Below are positions 1 through 10,845 of a stretch of DNA of 64,000 nucleotides, in pieces. Position 1 is the stretch's first letter. Each line of letters starts with the position of its first letter. A model generated the notes under the pieces. That model saw nothing but the letters and a program-made list of their open reading frames with translations. It did not search any database and was not told the origin of the DNA. Origin of the DNA: a candidate division WOR-3 bacterium UBA1063. Lineage in GTDB: Bacteria > Hydrothermota > Hydrothermia > UBA1063. A program made the translations under genes and the position numbers. The stretch spans positions 27,434 to 91,433 of the forward strand of contig DCDE01000004.1 of the NCBI GenBank assembly GCA_002316275.1, written 5' to 3'.

Positions 1-61
1 TGTAGCCCTGACATTCTAAAGTATTGGGTCCCAAGCACACAGTCAGGATCAGTAAGTAGAG

Positions 62-2278
62 ATGACTACTATTGACTTTTTGAAATGGTCATATTATAAT
101 CGTACAATGGAACTTACAAAGCTTATAGAAAAAGTAGAAGACTTAAAAGAAAAACACAACTCTGTTACAAGAGCCCTTTCAAAACTTAACGAGTTTTATA
201 ACAAAGGCGAGATTACTGAAAAGCAATTTAAAATCCTTAAAGGAGATTATGAAAAAGAGATTAATTTCCTTAGCAAAGAACTGGACGAACTCCTCAATAG
301 TGTGAGGGAACAAACAGAAGAATTTGGAAATCAGCTGAAAAACCTTAATGTGGATTATAATAAAATAAAGATCAATATCCTCATAGGTGAGATCCCTCCA
401 GATAAAGGGAAAGCAGAGCTTGCCCAAATAGCAAAGCAGATGGCTCTCACCCAGCACAGTTACGACCAGTACAAAAGCATAATTGAGGCGCAAACTGAGG
501 AAGATTTCGAAGTAATTAAAAAGATGTCTCCTCCAGCTAGCGTAAAGGTAGAGAACGTTACACCTGTCCAAGATTTACTACATCAAGAAGAGGAACTCCG
601 AAATAAGAGGTTCAACGGCAAGGCAGAATTATATCTGAAGCCTTTGGAAGGGCTTTATAATAGACTTGAAAAAATTAAAGATTTCCTAACAGTGAGCATA
701 ACAGAATTAGAGTCGCAGAAAAATGCATTGGAAGAGGAGGCGGGAAAACTCGTTATTAAAATAAGAATGGGTGGTAGTGAAGAACAATCTGCAAGAAATA
801 ATCTGATGGAAGTAATAAAGAAAGTAAAGGATTATGACGAATTGCTTGCAAAGATATCTAAGATTATTGACGAAATAAATTCCAGACTCGGTGTTAAGGA
901 ATCCGTGTTGATCGGGGCTCAGGAAGACGCATCTAAGATAGGACAGATCGAAGAGATCAATCTTGAAGAAGCCTCAAGAATCCTCGAAGAGTTAGAAAAG
1001 CAAGGTTTAGAAGTGATAAATACAGATACTACTGAAATTATCAAGTCTGAGAAAGAAGAGGAAGAATTAGTTGGAGAAGAGAAACAAATAACCGAGCCAT
1101 CTGCCCCTAAAATCATTAAGGCATCTGAAAGGAAAAAGAGGTCACCAGTCGCACCGATACTCGTTATCTCCTTACTCATAGTTATCGGTGTGCTTTTTGC
1201 TGTTTATAGGAACTTCTACTTTGTGCCGGAACAAAGAGCTCAAGTTATCTTCCCATGCTATATGGGGAACCCTGCACACAACTACAATGTAAAAGCTTTA
1301 ATTATACCCCAACCCCCAAGAATTGAATGGTCCCGCAAAATAGGTGGCTCTCCAGTACAACCTGCAATCAATAAAGGTATTATTTACATTGGCACCCAAG
1401 CAGGAACACTCTATGCAATAGATTCCTCAGGAAACGCCTTATGGAGCGTCCCATTGAATGGCTCTATTCTCCACACTCCCGTAATTGTGGATGATAAGAT
1501 TATCGTTGGAACCCTCGACGGTTTTTTGTATATATTAAATACATCTGGGCAGATAATTCTCACTGAATCTCTTGGTGGTGGGATTGCTTCCCCACCCATA
1601 GCCTATGGGGAAATAATCTACATACCCGTATTTCAGGAAGGTATATATGCTTATAATATTAATCAAGACAGAATAGAATGGAAATTTGCAACAGAAGGCA
1701 TGGTTAAAAATATTCCGGTGATCGATGAATCAAATCTATACATAGCTGACTTATCTGGGAAAATTTATATACTTAATAGGAGCGATGGCATGGAGGTAGC
1801 GAGTTTTAAGACATCTGGCCCCATTGAGAGTTATCCAGTACTTTATGAAGGAAATATTTACTATGCGAACAGCACGGGCGAAATAGGATGCTACGATACA
1901 AGAAAAAGAACCCTTCTTTGGTCTTTTAATCTAATGGAACCCGTTTCTGGAAGTCCAGCCATTCAGGATTCCTTTGTTATCTATACTACTGCTTTCGGAA
2001 GAATTTTCTGCCACAATTATAGATCAGGGATAAGATTATGGGACTTTAACACACAAAATTTAATATTCTCAACACCTGTAATTATTGATTCCTTCGTTTT
2101 CATCACAACGACCACCAGTGTAGGCGACTTTGGTGAGTTGTATTGTTTGAATCTGCAGAACGGCAGTCTAAACTGGGTACTACCTATACCCGGGGTTCTT
2201 GAGACTGCCCCCGTTTTCTGGGATAACCGTCTCTTCTTAGTCGCCAGGGACGGAACCTTCTATGCAATGAGTTTTTGA
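62..2278 (+). CDS. Membrane-anchored protein: N-terminal coiled-coil with a SHOCT-like motif, one TM helix, C-terminal PQQ-like beta-propeller repeats (BamB-like fold)
   Basis: 738 aa ORF. Residues 1-350 are heptad-rich and K/E-rich, with 'LNEFYNKGEITEKQFKILKGDY' resembling SHOCT. Hydrophobic stretch 'VAPILVISLLIVIGVLFAVY'. Then repeated 'G.LYA.D..G..LW' beta-propeller blades. Confidence 0.6.
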   Translation: MTTIDFLKWSYYNRTMELTKLIEKVEDLKEKHNSVTRALSKLNEFYNKGEITEKQFKILKGDYEKEINFLSKELDELLNSVREQTEEFGNQLKNLNVDYNKIKINILIGEIPPDKGKAELAQIAKQMALTQHSYDQYKSIIEAQTEEDFEVIKKMSPPASVKVENVTPVQDLLHQEEELRNKRFNGKAELYLKPLEGLYNRLEKIKDFLTVSITELESQKNALEEEAGKLVIKIRMGGSEEQSARNNLMEVIKKVKDYDELLAKISKIIDEINSRLGVKESVLIGAQEDASKIGQIEEINLEEASRILEELEKQGLEVINTDTTEIIKSEKEEEELVGEEKQITEPSAPKIIKASERKKRSPVAPILVISLLIVIGVLFAVYRNFYFVPEQRAQVIFPCYMGNPAHNYNVKALIIPQPPRIEWSRKIGGSPVQPAINKGIIYIGTQAGTLYAIDSSGNALWSVPLNGSILHTPVIVDDKIIVGTLDGFLYILNTSGQIILTESLGGGIASPPIAYGEIIYIPVFQEGIYAYNINQDRIEWKFATEGMVKNIPVIDESNLYIADLSGKIYILNRSDGMEVASFKTSGPIESYPVLYEGNIYYANSTGEIGCYDTRKRTLLWSFNLMEPVSGSPAIQDSFVIYTTAFGRIFCHNYRSGIRLWDFNTQNLIFSTPVIIDSFVFITTTTSVGDFGELYCLNLQNGSLNWVLPIPGVLETAPVFWDNRLFLVARDGTFYAMSF

Positions 2279-2313
2279 TAATACGGCTTCATCCCATTAT
2301 ACTATGGTTCAAC

Positions 2314-2386
2314 GGGCCGTTAGCTCAGGAGGTAGAGCACCGGATTTTTAATCCGGTGGCCGCAGGTTCGAGTCCTGCACGGCCCA
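2314..2386 (+). tRNA. tRNA-Lys (anticodon TTT)
   Basis: Cloverleaf folded by hand: acceptor gggccgt/acggccc, D-arm gctc/gagc, anticodon stem ccgga/tccgg, loop tttttaa (anticodon TTT), T-arm gcagg-ttcgagt-cctgc, discriminator A. Confidence 0.85.
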
Positions 2387-2403
2387 GTTAATTCAGGAGT
2401 AAA

Positions 2404-2877
2404 ATGGCTCAAATAGTTATAATAATGGGATCAAAAGCAGATATTACCCACTCGGAGGCAATCAAAAAGGAGTTGGAAAAATTCAATATAAATGTAATAA
2501 TGCGCATCGCATCTGCCCACAAATTACCTCTAAAAGTCTTAGAGATCATTAAAGAATATGAAAAGGATACCCAAGCTTTTATCACTGTTGCGGGCAAAAG
2601 CAATGCTTTAAGCGGGCTCGTGGATTTTCACACCGTAAAACCTGTAATCGCATGCCCTCCCTATTCAGAAAAATTTTGTGGTTCTGACCTGTTTTCCTCC
2701 TTGAGAATGCCTAAAGGTGTAGCTCCTATGGTGGTACTGGAACCTGAGCAGGCTGCATTGGCAGCTGCAAAGATTATTGCAATGTCCGATGAAAATGTTC
2801 GTCTCAAACTCTCCAGATACAGAATTAAACTCAAAGAGGAGATCGAAAAAGCAGACCAGGACCTTCTTAATGGGTAG
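2404..2877 (+). CDS. purE: N5-carboxyaminoimidazole ribonucleotide mutase PurE
   Basis: 157 aa. N-terminal 'VIIMGSKAD' P-loop-like motif and 'AHK' typical of the PurE family. SD 'aggag' upstream. Confidence 0.85.
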   Translation: MAQIVIIMGSKADITHSEAIKKELEKFNINVIMRIASAHKLPLKVLEIIKEYEKDTQAFITVAGKSNALSGLVDFHTVKPVIACPPYSEKFCGSDLFSSLRMPKGVAPMVVLEPEQAALAAAKIIAMSDENVRLKLSRYRIKLKEEIEKADQDLLNG

Positions 2878-3892
2878 TGTTAAGGATCTTGAGATATTGG
2901 AAGCTCCAACAGATTTTGGAACCGGTATAGGAAGGTTTATTTTCTCTGACCGTTATTCTGTTTTCGATTGGGGAGAAATGCCTGACCATATCCCAGAAAA
3001 GGGAAAAGCCATATGTCTAACAACATCATACTTTTTCGAACAACTTGAATCCCTTGGCATTAAAACTCATTATATTGGAATCGTCGAAAATGGCGTAGCA
3101 CGAAAGCTATCAGAGATCAGTTTACCATCAAACACAATGGAATTTAAAATGGTAAGGGTAATAAAACCTTCCTCCGACGGGATAACATACAACTACGAGC
3201 TTTTCAAATCGCTCAAGTCTAATTTCCTAATTCCACTCGAAGTTATATATCGTAATAGCTTACCTTCCGGCTCTTCTTTACTAAAGAGGCTACAATCAGG
3301 AGAAGCAAAACCAGAAGATTTTGGGCTGGATTATATACCCCAGCCTGACACGAAGCTCTCCCGTCCTGTCCTCGACTTCTCAACAAAATTGGAGATAACA
3401 GACCGCTATTTAAAAGAAAACGAAGCAATGGAGATAAGTGGCCTCAATGGAGAAGAGTTTTCCAAGCTTAAATCCATTGCCTTTTTCTTAAATGGAATTA
3501 TCAGCCAAAAGGCTAACACTCTTGGCCTTTATAATGAAGACGGGAAGTTTGAATTTGCAATGGACGAACAAAGAAACCTTATGGTTGTGGATGCCGTCGG
3601 AACGCTCGATGAATGTAGGTTTACTTACGAGGGAGTCCCATTTAGTAAAGAAATAATGAGGATCTTCTACCGAAATACTCCATGGTATCAAGAGGTAGAA
3701 AAGGCCAAAAGGGAAGACAGGATAAACTGGAAGAAGCTGGTCTCTCAGAGTCCCCCGGCCCTTCCCCCGGAATGGAAAAACCTCGTCAGCGATATCTACA
3801 AAAGTTACGCTAATGAGGTAACAGGGGTAAAATTTTTCGAAACAAAACCCTTAAAAGAAGTTCTAAACCAGCTTAAACATATTCTAAATTAA
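2870..3892 (+). CDS. purC: SAICAR synthetase PurC (long form)
   Basis: 'SDRYSVFDW' matches the PurC 'DRISAFD' motif. In-frame ATG at 2870 overlaps the purE stop by 8 nt. The ORF-track start at 2777 lies inside purE and is rejected. Confidence 0.7.
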   Translation: MGSVKDLEILEAPTDFGTGIGRFIFSDRYSVFDWGEMPDHIPEKGKAICLTTSYFFEQLESLGIKTHYIGIVENGVARKLSEISLPSNTMEFKMVRVIKPSSDGITYNYELFKSLKSNFLIPLEVIYRNSLPSGSSLLKRLQSGEAKPEDFGLDYIPQPDTKLSRPVLDFSTKLEITDRYLKENEAMEISGLNGEEFSKLKSIAFFLNGIISQKANTLGLYNEDGKFEFAMDEQRNLMVVDAVGTLDECRFTYEGVPFSKEIMRIFYRNTPWYQEVEKAKREDRINWKKLVSQSPPALPPEWKNLVSDIYKSYANEVTGVKFFETKPLKEVLNQLKHILN

Positions 3893-4004
3893 GTCTCCAG
3901 CTCTTACTTAAACCAAGCTAAACCGTTTCCCCTCGCTAACTTTGGCCGAGCTTAGAGATTGTCATTATATTCCCATCGTCGCAGTATGGATAAATAATCC
4001 AAAT

Positions 4005-4033
4005 TTGCCCTTTCATATCGGTTGTATTATAAT
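4005..4033 (+). promoter_or_regulatory. sigma70-like promoter for the tRNA-Glu/tRNA-Gln(/guaB) transcript
   Basis: TTGCCC (4005-4010), 17-nt spacer, TATAAT (4028-4033). tRNA-Glu 5' end is 13 nt downstream. Confidence 0.45.
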
Positions 4034-4046
4034 ATACAAACTTTGG

Positions 4047-4121
4047 GGCGCTATCGTCTAGTCCGGCTAAGGACACCTGGTTCTCAGCCAGGAGACCCGG
4101 GTTCAAATCCCGGTGGCGCTA
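4047..4121 (+). tRNA. tRNA-Glu (anticodon CTC)
   Basis: Acceptor ggcgcta/tggcgct (with G-U pairs), D-loop 'tcgtctagtccggctaaggac' typical of tRNA-Glu, anticodon loop ttCTCag, T-arm ccggg-ttcaaat-cccgg. Confidence 0.8.
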
Positions 4122-4124
4122 ATT

Positions 4125-4196
4125 TGGGGGATCGTCTAACTGGCAGGACAGCTGACTCTGGATCAGCCGGTCGGGGTTCGAATCCCTGTCCCCCAG
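4125..4196 (+). tRNA. tRNA-Gln (anticodon CTG)
   Basis: U1-A72 acceptor tggggga/tccccca with discriminator G (a Gln hallmark), anticodon stem gctga/tcagc, loop ctCTGga, T-arm cgggg-ttcgaat-ccctg. Confidence 0.8.
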
Positions 4197-4201
4197 TTTA
4201 A

Positions 4202-6093
<1,892 letters not shown>

Positions 6094-6206
6094 AAAATTA
6101 TTTTAAAGCGCAGCAAGTGAATTAGAGTAGCCGTGCCGAACTAATAGAACACAATTGGCTTTTCAACTTACGCGAAATAGAATTGCGTGTAGGATGATAC
6201 GGGGAT

Positions 6207-6235
6207 TTGAAAAGAGCCATATAGAGTGTTAAAAT
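6207..6235 (+). promoter_or_regulatory. sigma70-like promoter, leaderless type, for the fumarase beta gene
   Basis: TTGAAA (6207-6212), 17-nt spacer, TGt-TAAAAT extended -10 (6227-6235). ATG at 6242 is only 6 nt after the -10. No SD. Confidence 0.4.
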
Positions 6236-6241
6236 TCCATT

Positions 6242-6832
6242 ATGGCTCATTACGATTTAAGAGTCCCTTTCGTGGAAAAAGGAATTGTTGAGGCTTTAAA
6301 GGCAGGAGACAAGATTTCCCTAACCGGCACGATATATACAGCCAGAGATGCAGCCCATAAGAGGATAAAGCAAGAATTAGAGGAAGGTAGTTTTCATTAC
6401 TTTCCTTTAACTGGTGCAGTAATCTATTACTGTGGACCGACGCCTGCACCGCCAGGAAGAGTTATTGGCTCTGCAGGACCTACTACTTCTTATAGGATGG
6501 ACCCTTACGTCTCGTTGCTGGTCCAACATGGTGTAAAGGGCTTCATAGGAAAGGGTAAGAGAAGTCAAGAGGTTAAAGAAGTATTGAAAACGCACGGTGG
6601 CGTCTACTTAATTGCTACTGGTGGTGCCGGTGCACTACTCTCCACGAGAATTCTTTCAGCAAAAGTAATAGCGTATCCAGACCTTGGTCCTGAAGCAATT
6701 TTCGAATTCTATGTAAAAGACTTCCCCGTTATCGTTGGAATCGATACTCATGGAAACGACATATATGAAATTGGACCATCAATGTGGCTTAATACACTTC
6801 AAAAGAATCCTCTAAATCCGTCAGAGAGATAG
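6242..6832 (+). CDS. Class I fumarate hydratase / L(+)-tartrate dehydratase beta subunit (Fe-S hydro-lyase C-terminal catalytic domain)
   Basis: 196 aa. 'YYCGPTPAPPGRVIGSAGPTTSYRMD' and 'GKGKRS...LIATGGAGAL' are typical of the FumB/TtdB beta-type domain. Confidence 0.75.
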   Translation: MAHYDLRVPFVEKGIVEALKAGDKISLTGTIYTARDAAHKRIKQELEEGSFHYFPLTGAVIYYCGPTPAPPGRVIGSAGPTTSYRMDPYVSLLVQHGVKGFIGKGKRSQEVKEVLKTHGGVYLIATGGAGALLSTRILSAKVIAYPDLGPEAIFEFYVKDFPVIVGIDTHGNDIYEIGPSMWLNTLQKNPLNPSER

Positions 6833-7758
6833 GTCGTGTCATCGGTAATTATATAATATTCTATTCCCTTTACCCTCTCCCTCAACTTCTGTGCTCCATC
6901 TGGACCCAATACGAAGATGGCAGTTGCAAGCGCATCACAGTAGATTGCATCAGCGTACACTACTGTAACGCTCCGGACCCCATTAGAGACAGGGTATCCT
7001 GTGAATGGTGAAAATATATGACTATACCTCTTTCCGTCCTGCTCTATGTATCTCTCGTAATCCCCCGAAGTACAACAGGATGTATTCGAAAGACTTATCA
7101 CATCAACTATATCTTCTCCATAAGGATTTCGAATACCTACCCTCCACTTTTTACCATTCCTGGTCCCTAATAAAAAGAGATCCCCACCGGCATCGATGAG
7201 CGCCGAAGTTACTCCCTTATTATGCAAAAAATTTGCAGCTAGTTGAATTGCATACCCTTTGGCAATACCTGCAAGGGTGATCATTTGGTTTTTGCCCACC
7301 TTTACCATTCCATCTTGGATTTTGACCTTTCTATAATCTACGTAACCTTTATACTTCTCTATAGAATCCAATGGTGGGAAGATATATTTCCCTTGTTCAT
7401 CAAAGTGCCAGAGATGTACAATAGAACCCACAGTAATATCAAAGGCACCATCCGTCATCTCAGCCACTTCGAGAGCTTTTGCAATACAGTCAGCGGTATA
7501 GGGATGAACCTTCACAAAACCCTTACTAATATTTATTTTAAAGATATCGGAAGTCTCCTTAATCGGGTTCATCAAAGAATCAATAGTTCTAAAAATCTCG
7601 TAAACAGAATCGGATAGATACGAAGTCGATTCCGGAAGTGTAACATTCAAAACCGTTCCCATCACCATATAGGTTTTGGTTTTAAAAGCTTCTCTCTTAG
7701 AGCAACCTCCAATTAAAAGAAGTAAAAAAAGGAAAATGGGCTGAAGGAACCTGTTCAT
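6799..7758 (-). CDS. apbE: FAD:protein FMN transferase ApbE (lipoprotein)
   Basis: Signal peptide plus 'LLIGGCS' lipobox. 'LAGIAKGYAIQ' ApbE signature. Overlaps the tldD stop (ATGA-type). Confidence 0.8.
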   Translation of the reverse strand: MNRFLQPIFLFLLLLIGGCSKREAFKTKTYMVMGTVLNVTLPESTSYLSDSVYEIFRTIDSLMNPIKETSDIFKINISKGFVKVHPYTADCIAKALEVAEMTDGAFDITVGSIVHLWHFDEQGKYIFPPLDSIEKYKGYVDYRKVKIQDGMVKVGKNQMITLAGIAKGYAIQLAANFLHNKGVTSALIDAGGDLFLLGTRNGKKWRVGIRNPYGEDIVDVISLSNTSCCTSGDYERYIEQDGKRYSHIFSPFTGYPVSNGVRSVTVVYADAIYCDALATAIFVLGPDGAQKLRERVKGIEYYIITDDTTYLSDGFRGFF

Positions 7759-9176
7759 CTGGAGGGCATCACTTTAACCTTCTGAAATTTGCACGGAGGA
7801 CTGCCATGTCCTACTCCCATTAACTGGCCTGGCTCACCTTTACTGCAGCCTGTCAATCCATTTTGTTCAAATTCCTTTGCGTTCCCAACCATCAAAAGGT
7901 TATTCCAAAATATAGGTGTGATGCCTGTATAGGATGGATTTTTAACCATACCCTTTATCTTACCGTCGATTATAAGATATCCCAGTTCTGTCCCGAACTG
8001 GAAGTTAAGGCGTCTATCATCAATAGACCAAGCTTTGCTGGTCTCCATCAAAATGCCGTATTTGGTACTACTTATCATCTCCTCAAGAGAAGAATCTCCA
8101 GGCATTAAATTAACGTTGGTCATCCGTACGATGGGGATTCTAGACCAGTCTTGCGCTCTCGCAGCACCGGAGCTCGAACTCTTAATATGAAAGGCACTCT
8201 CCCTCGAAGACAGATAACCTCTTAATATCCCGTCCTTGATAAGGGCAATCTTCCGCGCCTTCACTCCCTCATCATCATAACCGAATGTACCAAGCCCGTA
8301 TCTCACCATAGAATCCTGATACACGTTCAGAATTTCTGAACCATACTGAAAATTATTTAATTTATCAATAGAAGCGAAGCTTGTACCGGCATACGAAGCT
8401 TCAAAGGCAAGAACCCGGTCTAATTCTAATGGGTGACCAATAGATTCATGAATCTGAAGGATCATGTGGTCAGGAGTGAGGATAAGGTCCATCTCACCTT
8501 CTGGACAGTTATGCGCGTAGAGGAGCTTATCAACTTCTTCAACCAACTTTTCAGCCCTTTTCACTAAATTTAGTTCTTCGATATGCTCATAGCCTTTCCG
8601 GAGTACACTGGAGAAGGTTCGCTCCTGCACGTCCTTACTGTTAGAAGCAACAACCCTTAATGATGCGCCAGAATCTACGAACCTTTGCTCAATTAAACTG
8701 CCTTCAGTATTCGCAAAAATTTGCCTAAAGTCTCTAAACTCAAGGGACGAACTCCTCTTCCTGATGCGCCTACCTTTTAGAGCATCATCGACTGATAGCA
8801 ACAATGCGATCTTATCCTCTTGACTTACCTTAAAGGGGTCTTTCTGAAATTCACTAATATAAGAATCCACATAAACTTCTTCATCTGTTAGATTAACTTC
8901 CCTACCAGTTGTCGAAAGGGAAGTGGCTATTTTAATCGCCCTTATTACGGCTTCTTCAACATCTCCTACGGACATAGAACTAACCGCAGCAAATCCCCAC
9001 CTGCCACTCACCAGCACTCTGATGCCCATACCTCTGTTTTCCGTTATCGAAATATTTTCAACAATACCATCCTTTACCGTTAATTGCTCGGTTAAAATCC
9101 CTACAGATCTCACATCTCCATAAGATACCTTTCTCATTTTTAGGAAATCCACTATACTGAGCACGAAGTCCTTCAT
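7755..9176 (-). CDS. tldD: TldD/PmbA family (peptidase U62) metalloprotease
   Basis: 473 aa. 'HESIGHPLELD' HExxxH motif of TldD. Confidence 0.8.
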   Translation of the reverse strand: MKDFVLSIVDFLKMRKVSYGDVRSVGILTEQLTVKDGIVENISITENRGMGIRVLVSGRWGFAAVSSMSVGDVEEAVIRAIKIATSLSTTGREVNLTDEEVYVDSYISEFQKDPFKVSQEDKIALLLSVDDALKGRRIRKRSSSLEFRDFRQIFANTEGSLIEQRFVDSGASLRVVASNSKDVQERTFSSVLRKGYEHIEELNLVKRAEKLVEEVDKLLYAHNCPEGEMDLILTPDHMILQIHESIGHPLELDRVLAFEASYAGTSFASIDKLNNFQYGSEILNVYQDSMVRYGLGTFGYDDEGVKARKIALIKDGILRGYLSSRESAFHIKSSSSGAARAQDWSRIPIVRMTNVNLMPGDSSLEEMISSTKYGILMETSKAWSIDDRRLNFQFGTELGYLIIDGKIKGMVKNPSYTGITPIFWNNLLMVGNAKEFEQNGLTGCSKGEPGQLMGVGHGSPPCKFQKVKVMPSR

Positions 9177-9178
9177 CC

Positions 9179-9961
9179 TTAGCTCCCTATAACAATATTT
9201 TTCCCTAAACTCCGAAGTACTTCGAGGCAGGAGAGGGCAGCTAAAAAACTGGTTCTTGGATTCTCAGGAAATGGTAAATTCTTCAGAGCAATTCTTAGGT
9301 CCCCCGCTTCTGATTTTACTTCAATCTTATGTTCATTAGACTTTACCTTTGGGTCAGCAATTATAACAACTTCAAGCTTGTCCAACATATCTCCAGCGAG
9401 TCCGAGCGCTATTGCCACATTTATATTCTGAGGAAACAGTTTAGCTGCATCACTTGCTGATCCTCTAAATAGAACTTCAGGCTCTGGAGACTTACTTCCG
9501 AGACCTGAAGGGGGTTTTCTGGTCACAAGTCTTGCACTCTTAATCTTTACGTTGGAAAGCGCCTTCAAAGCATCAAGTCCAGCAATTGCCCCAGAAGGAA
9601 TGTAAAGCATCCTTCTTTTATCTTTGACATACTTAAAAAGAGACTCTCTAAATGCATCATCTGCCAGCGCGCCCGCACTCATAACTACAAGGTCTTTCTC
9701 CGCATCAAATATACTAAAAGCATATGATTTCAGTGCTTCCTGAGACGCCGCCTCGAGAACTATATCAATATCGCTCTTCATAAACTCACTAAAATCTGAA
9801 GCAACAAAAGGCTTCCTGCTAAGCGAAGAATAAAGCATGTAAGCCTTTTCTACTTTCACATCATAGATAGAGTTTAAAACGATGTTTTCAACATCTCCAC
9901 CGTCAACCTTTCCTGCAATAAAGGTCCCTATTGCACCGCATCCAATTATACCGAGTCTCAT
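9179..9961 (-). CDS. nadX: L-aspartate dehydrogenase
   Basis: 'GIIGCGAIG' Rossmann motif. 'PSGAIAGLDAL', 'NINVAIALGLAG' and 'PENPRTS' closely match the Thermotoga TM1643-type aspartate dehydrogenase. Confidence 0.8.
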   Translation of the reverse strand: MRLGIIGCGAIGTFIAGKVDGGDVENIVLNSIYDVKVEKAYMLYSSLSRKPFVASDFSEFMKSDIDIVLEAASQEALKSYAFSIFDAEKDLVVMSAGALADDAFRESLFKYVKDKRRMLYIPSGAIAGLDALKALSNVKIKSARLVTRKPPSGLGSKSPEPEVLFRGSASDAAKLFPQNINVAIALGLAGDMLDKLEVVIIADPKVKSNEHKIEVKSEAGDLRIALKNLPFPENPRTSFLAALSCLEVLRSLGKNIVIGS

Positions 9962-10803
9962 ATTTCCACCTCAAGACTCACATCACAGCTTCTTATAACC
10001 TTAGTTAACACCCCCGCAGAAATCACATTAGGACCAGCCTTCACATAATCCTCGAGGTTATCAAAATTGATGCCGCCAGAAGCCTCAAGAATCACCTTCC
10101 CGTAATAGCCTCGATCCTTGTATGCGTCAACTACCTTCGAAATGTCCTCAGGGGTCATATTGTCGAGCATAACAATATCTGCTCCCATTTCTGCCGCCTT
10201 CATTGCATCATCAAAACTTTCAACTTCTATTTCAATCTTGTGTGCAAAGCTTACTTTATTCTTTGCTAATTCCAGGGCTTTCTCCACACCACCGAGAACC
10301 TTTAGATGATTATCTTTTATCAGTACCTCGTCTGAAAGAGAAAATCTGTGGGTATCACCACCTCCGGCCTCAAAAGCCATCTTTTCAAAAAACCTAAGTC
10401 CTGGAGATGTTTTCCTTGTACATGCAACCTTTACGTCAGGATTTATAGATTTTGCCTTCATCACAAAAAAGGCTACCTGGGTCGTAAGTCCGGAAAGATG
10501 GGAAATGAGGTTCAATACCGTACGCTCAACCTCCAGAATTTTTCGCGCACTTCCGTAAAGCAACACCAATATGTCCCCCTTAATTACCCAGTCTCCATCA
10601 AGTTTTTTGAGCTCTGATTTTACCCCAATATAATCAAAGATCATCTGAGTATATTGAAGCCCAAAAGCCTTGAAATTCTCCCTGGCTTCGATGCGTGCCT
10701 TACAAGAATCACCCTCAGGAATTAGGAGAGAGGTAATATCTTGAAAGGGAATGTCTTCATCTATGAATTCCAGCAATCTTTTTAAAATTCCCTGTTCCAT
10801 CAT
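9958..10803 (-). CDS. nadC: Nicotinate-nucleotide pyrophosphorylase (quinolinate phosphoribosyltransferase)
   Basis: Type II PRTase pattern ('LLEFIDEDIPFQDITS', 'VMLDNMTPED'). The ORF-track start at 10836 is a TTG. The first ATG (Met12) at 10803 is chosen. Confidence 0.75.
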   Translation of the reverse strand: MMEQGILKRLLEFIDEDIPFQDITSLLIPEGDSCKARIEARENFKAFGLQYTQMIFDYIGVKSELKKLDGDWVIKGDILVLLYGSARKILEVERTVLNLISHLSGLTTQVAFFVMKAKSINPDVKVACTRKTSPGLRFFEKMAFEAGGGDTHRFSLSDEVLIKDNHLKVLGGVEKALELAKNKVSFAHKIEIEVESFDDAMKAAEMGADIVMLDNMTPEDISKVVDAYKDRGYYGKVILEASGGINFDNLEDYVKAGPNVISAGVLTKVIRSCDVSLEVEI

Positions 10804-10845
10804 TATAATTATTAAACTTTTGTGTAGAATAAGCAAGGGGGAGTT

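Noticed and set aside
2777-3892. Long purC ORF starting at 2777 inside purE
   Set aside because: The start would overlap purE by 100 nt. The in-frame ATG at 2870, right after the purE stop region, gives a normal junction.
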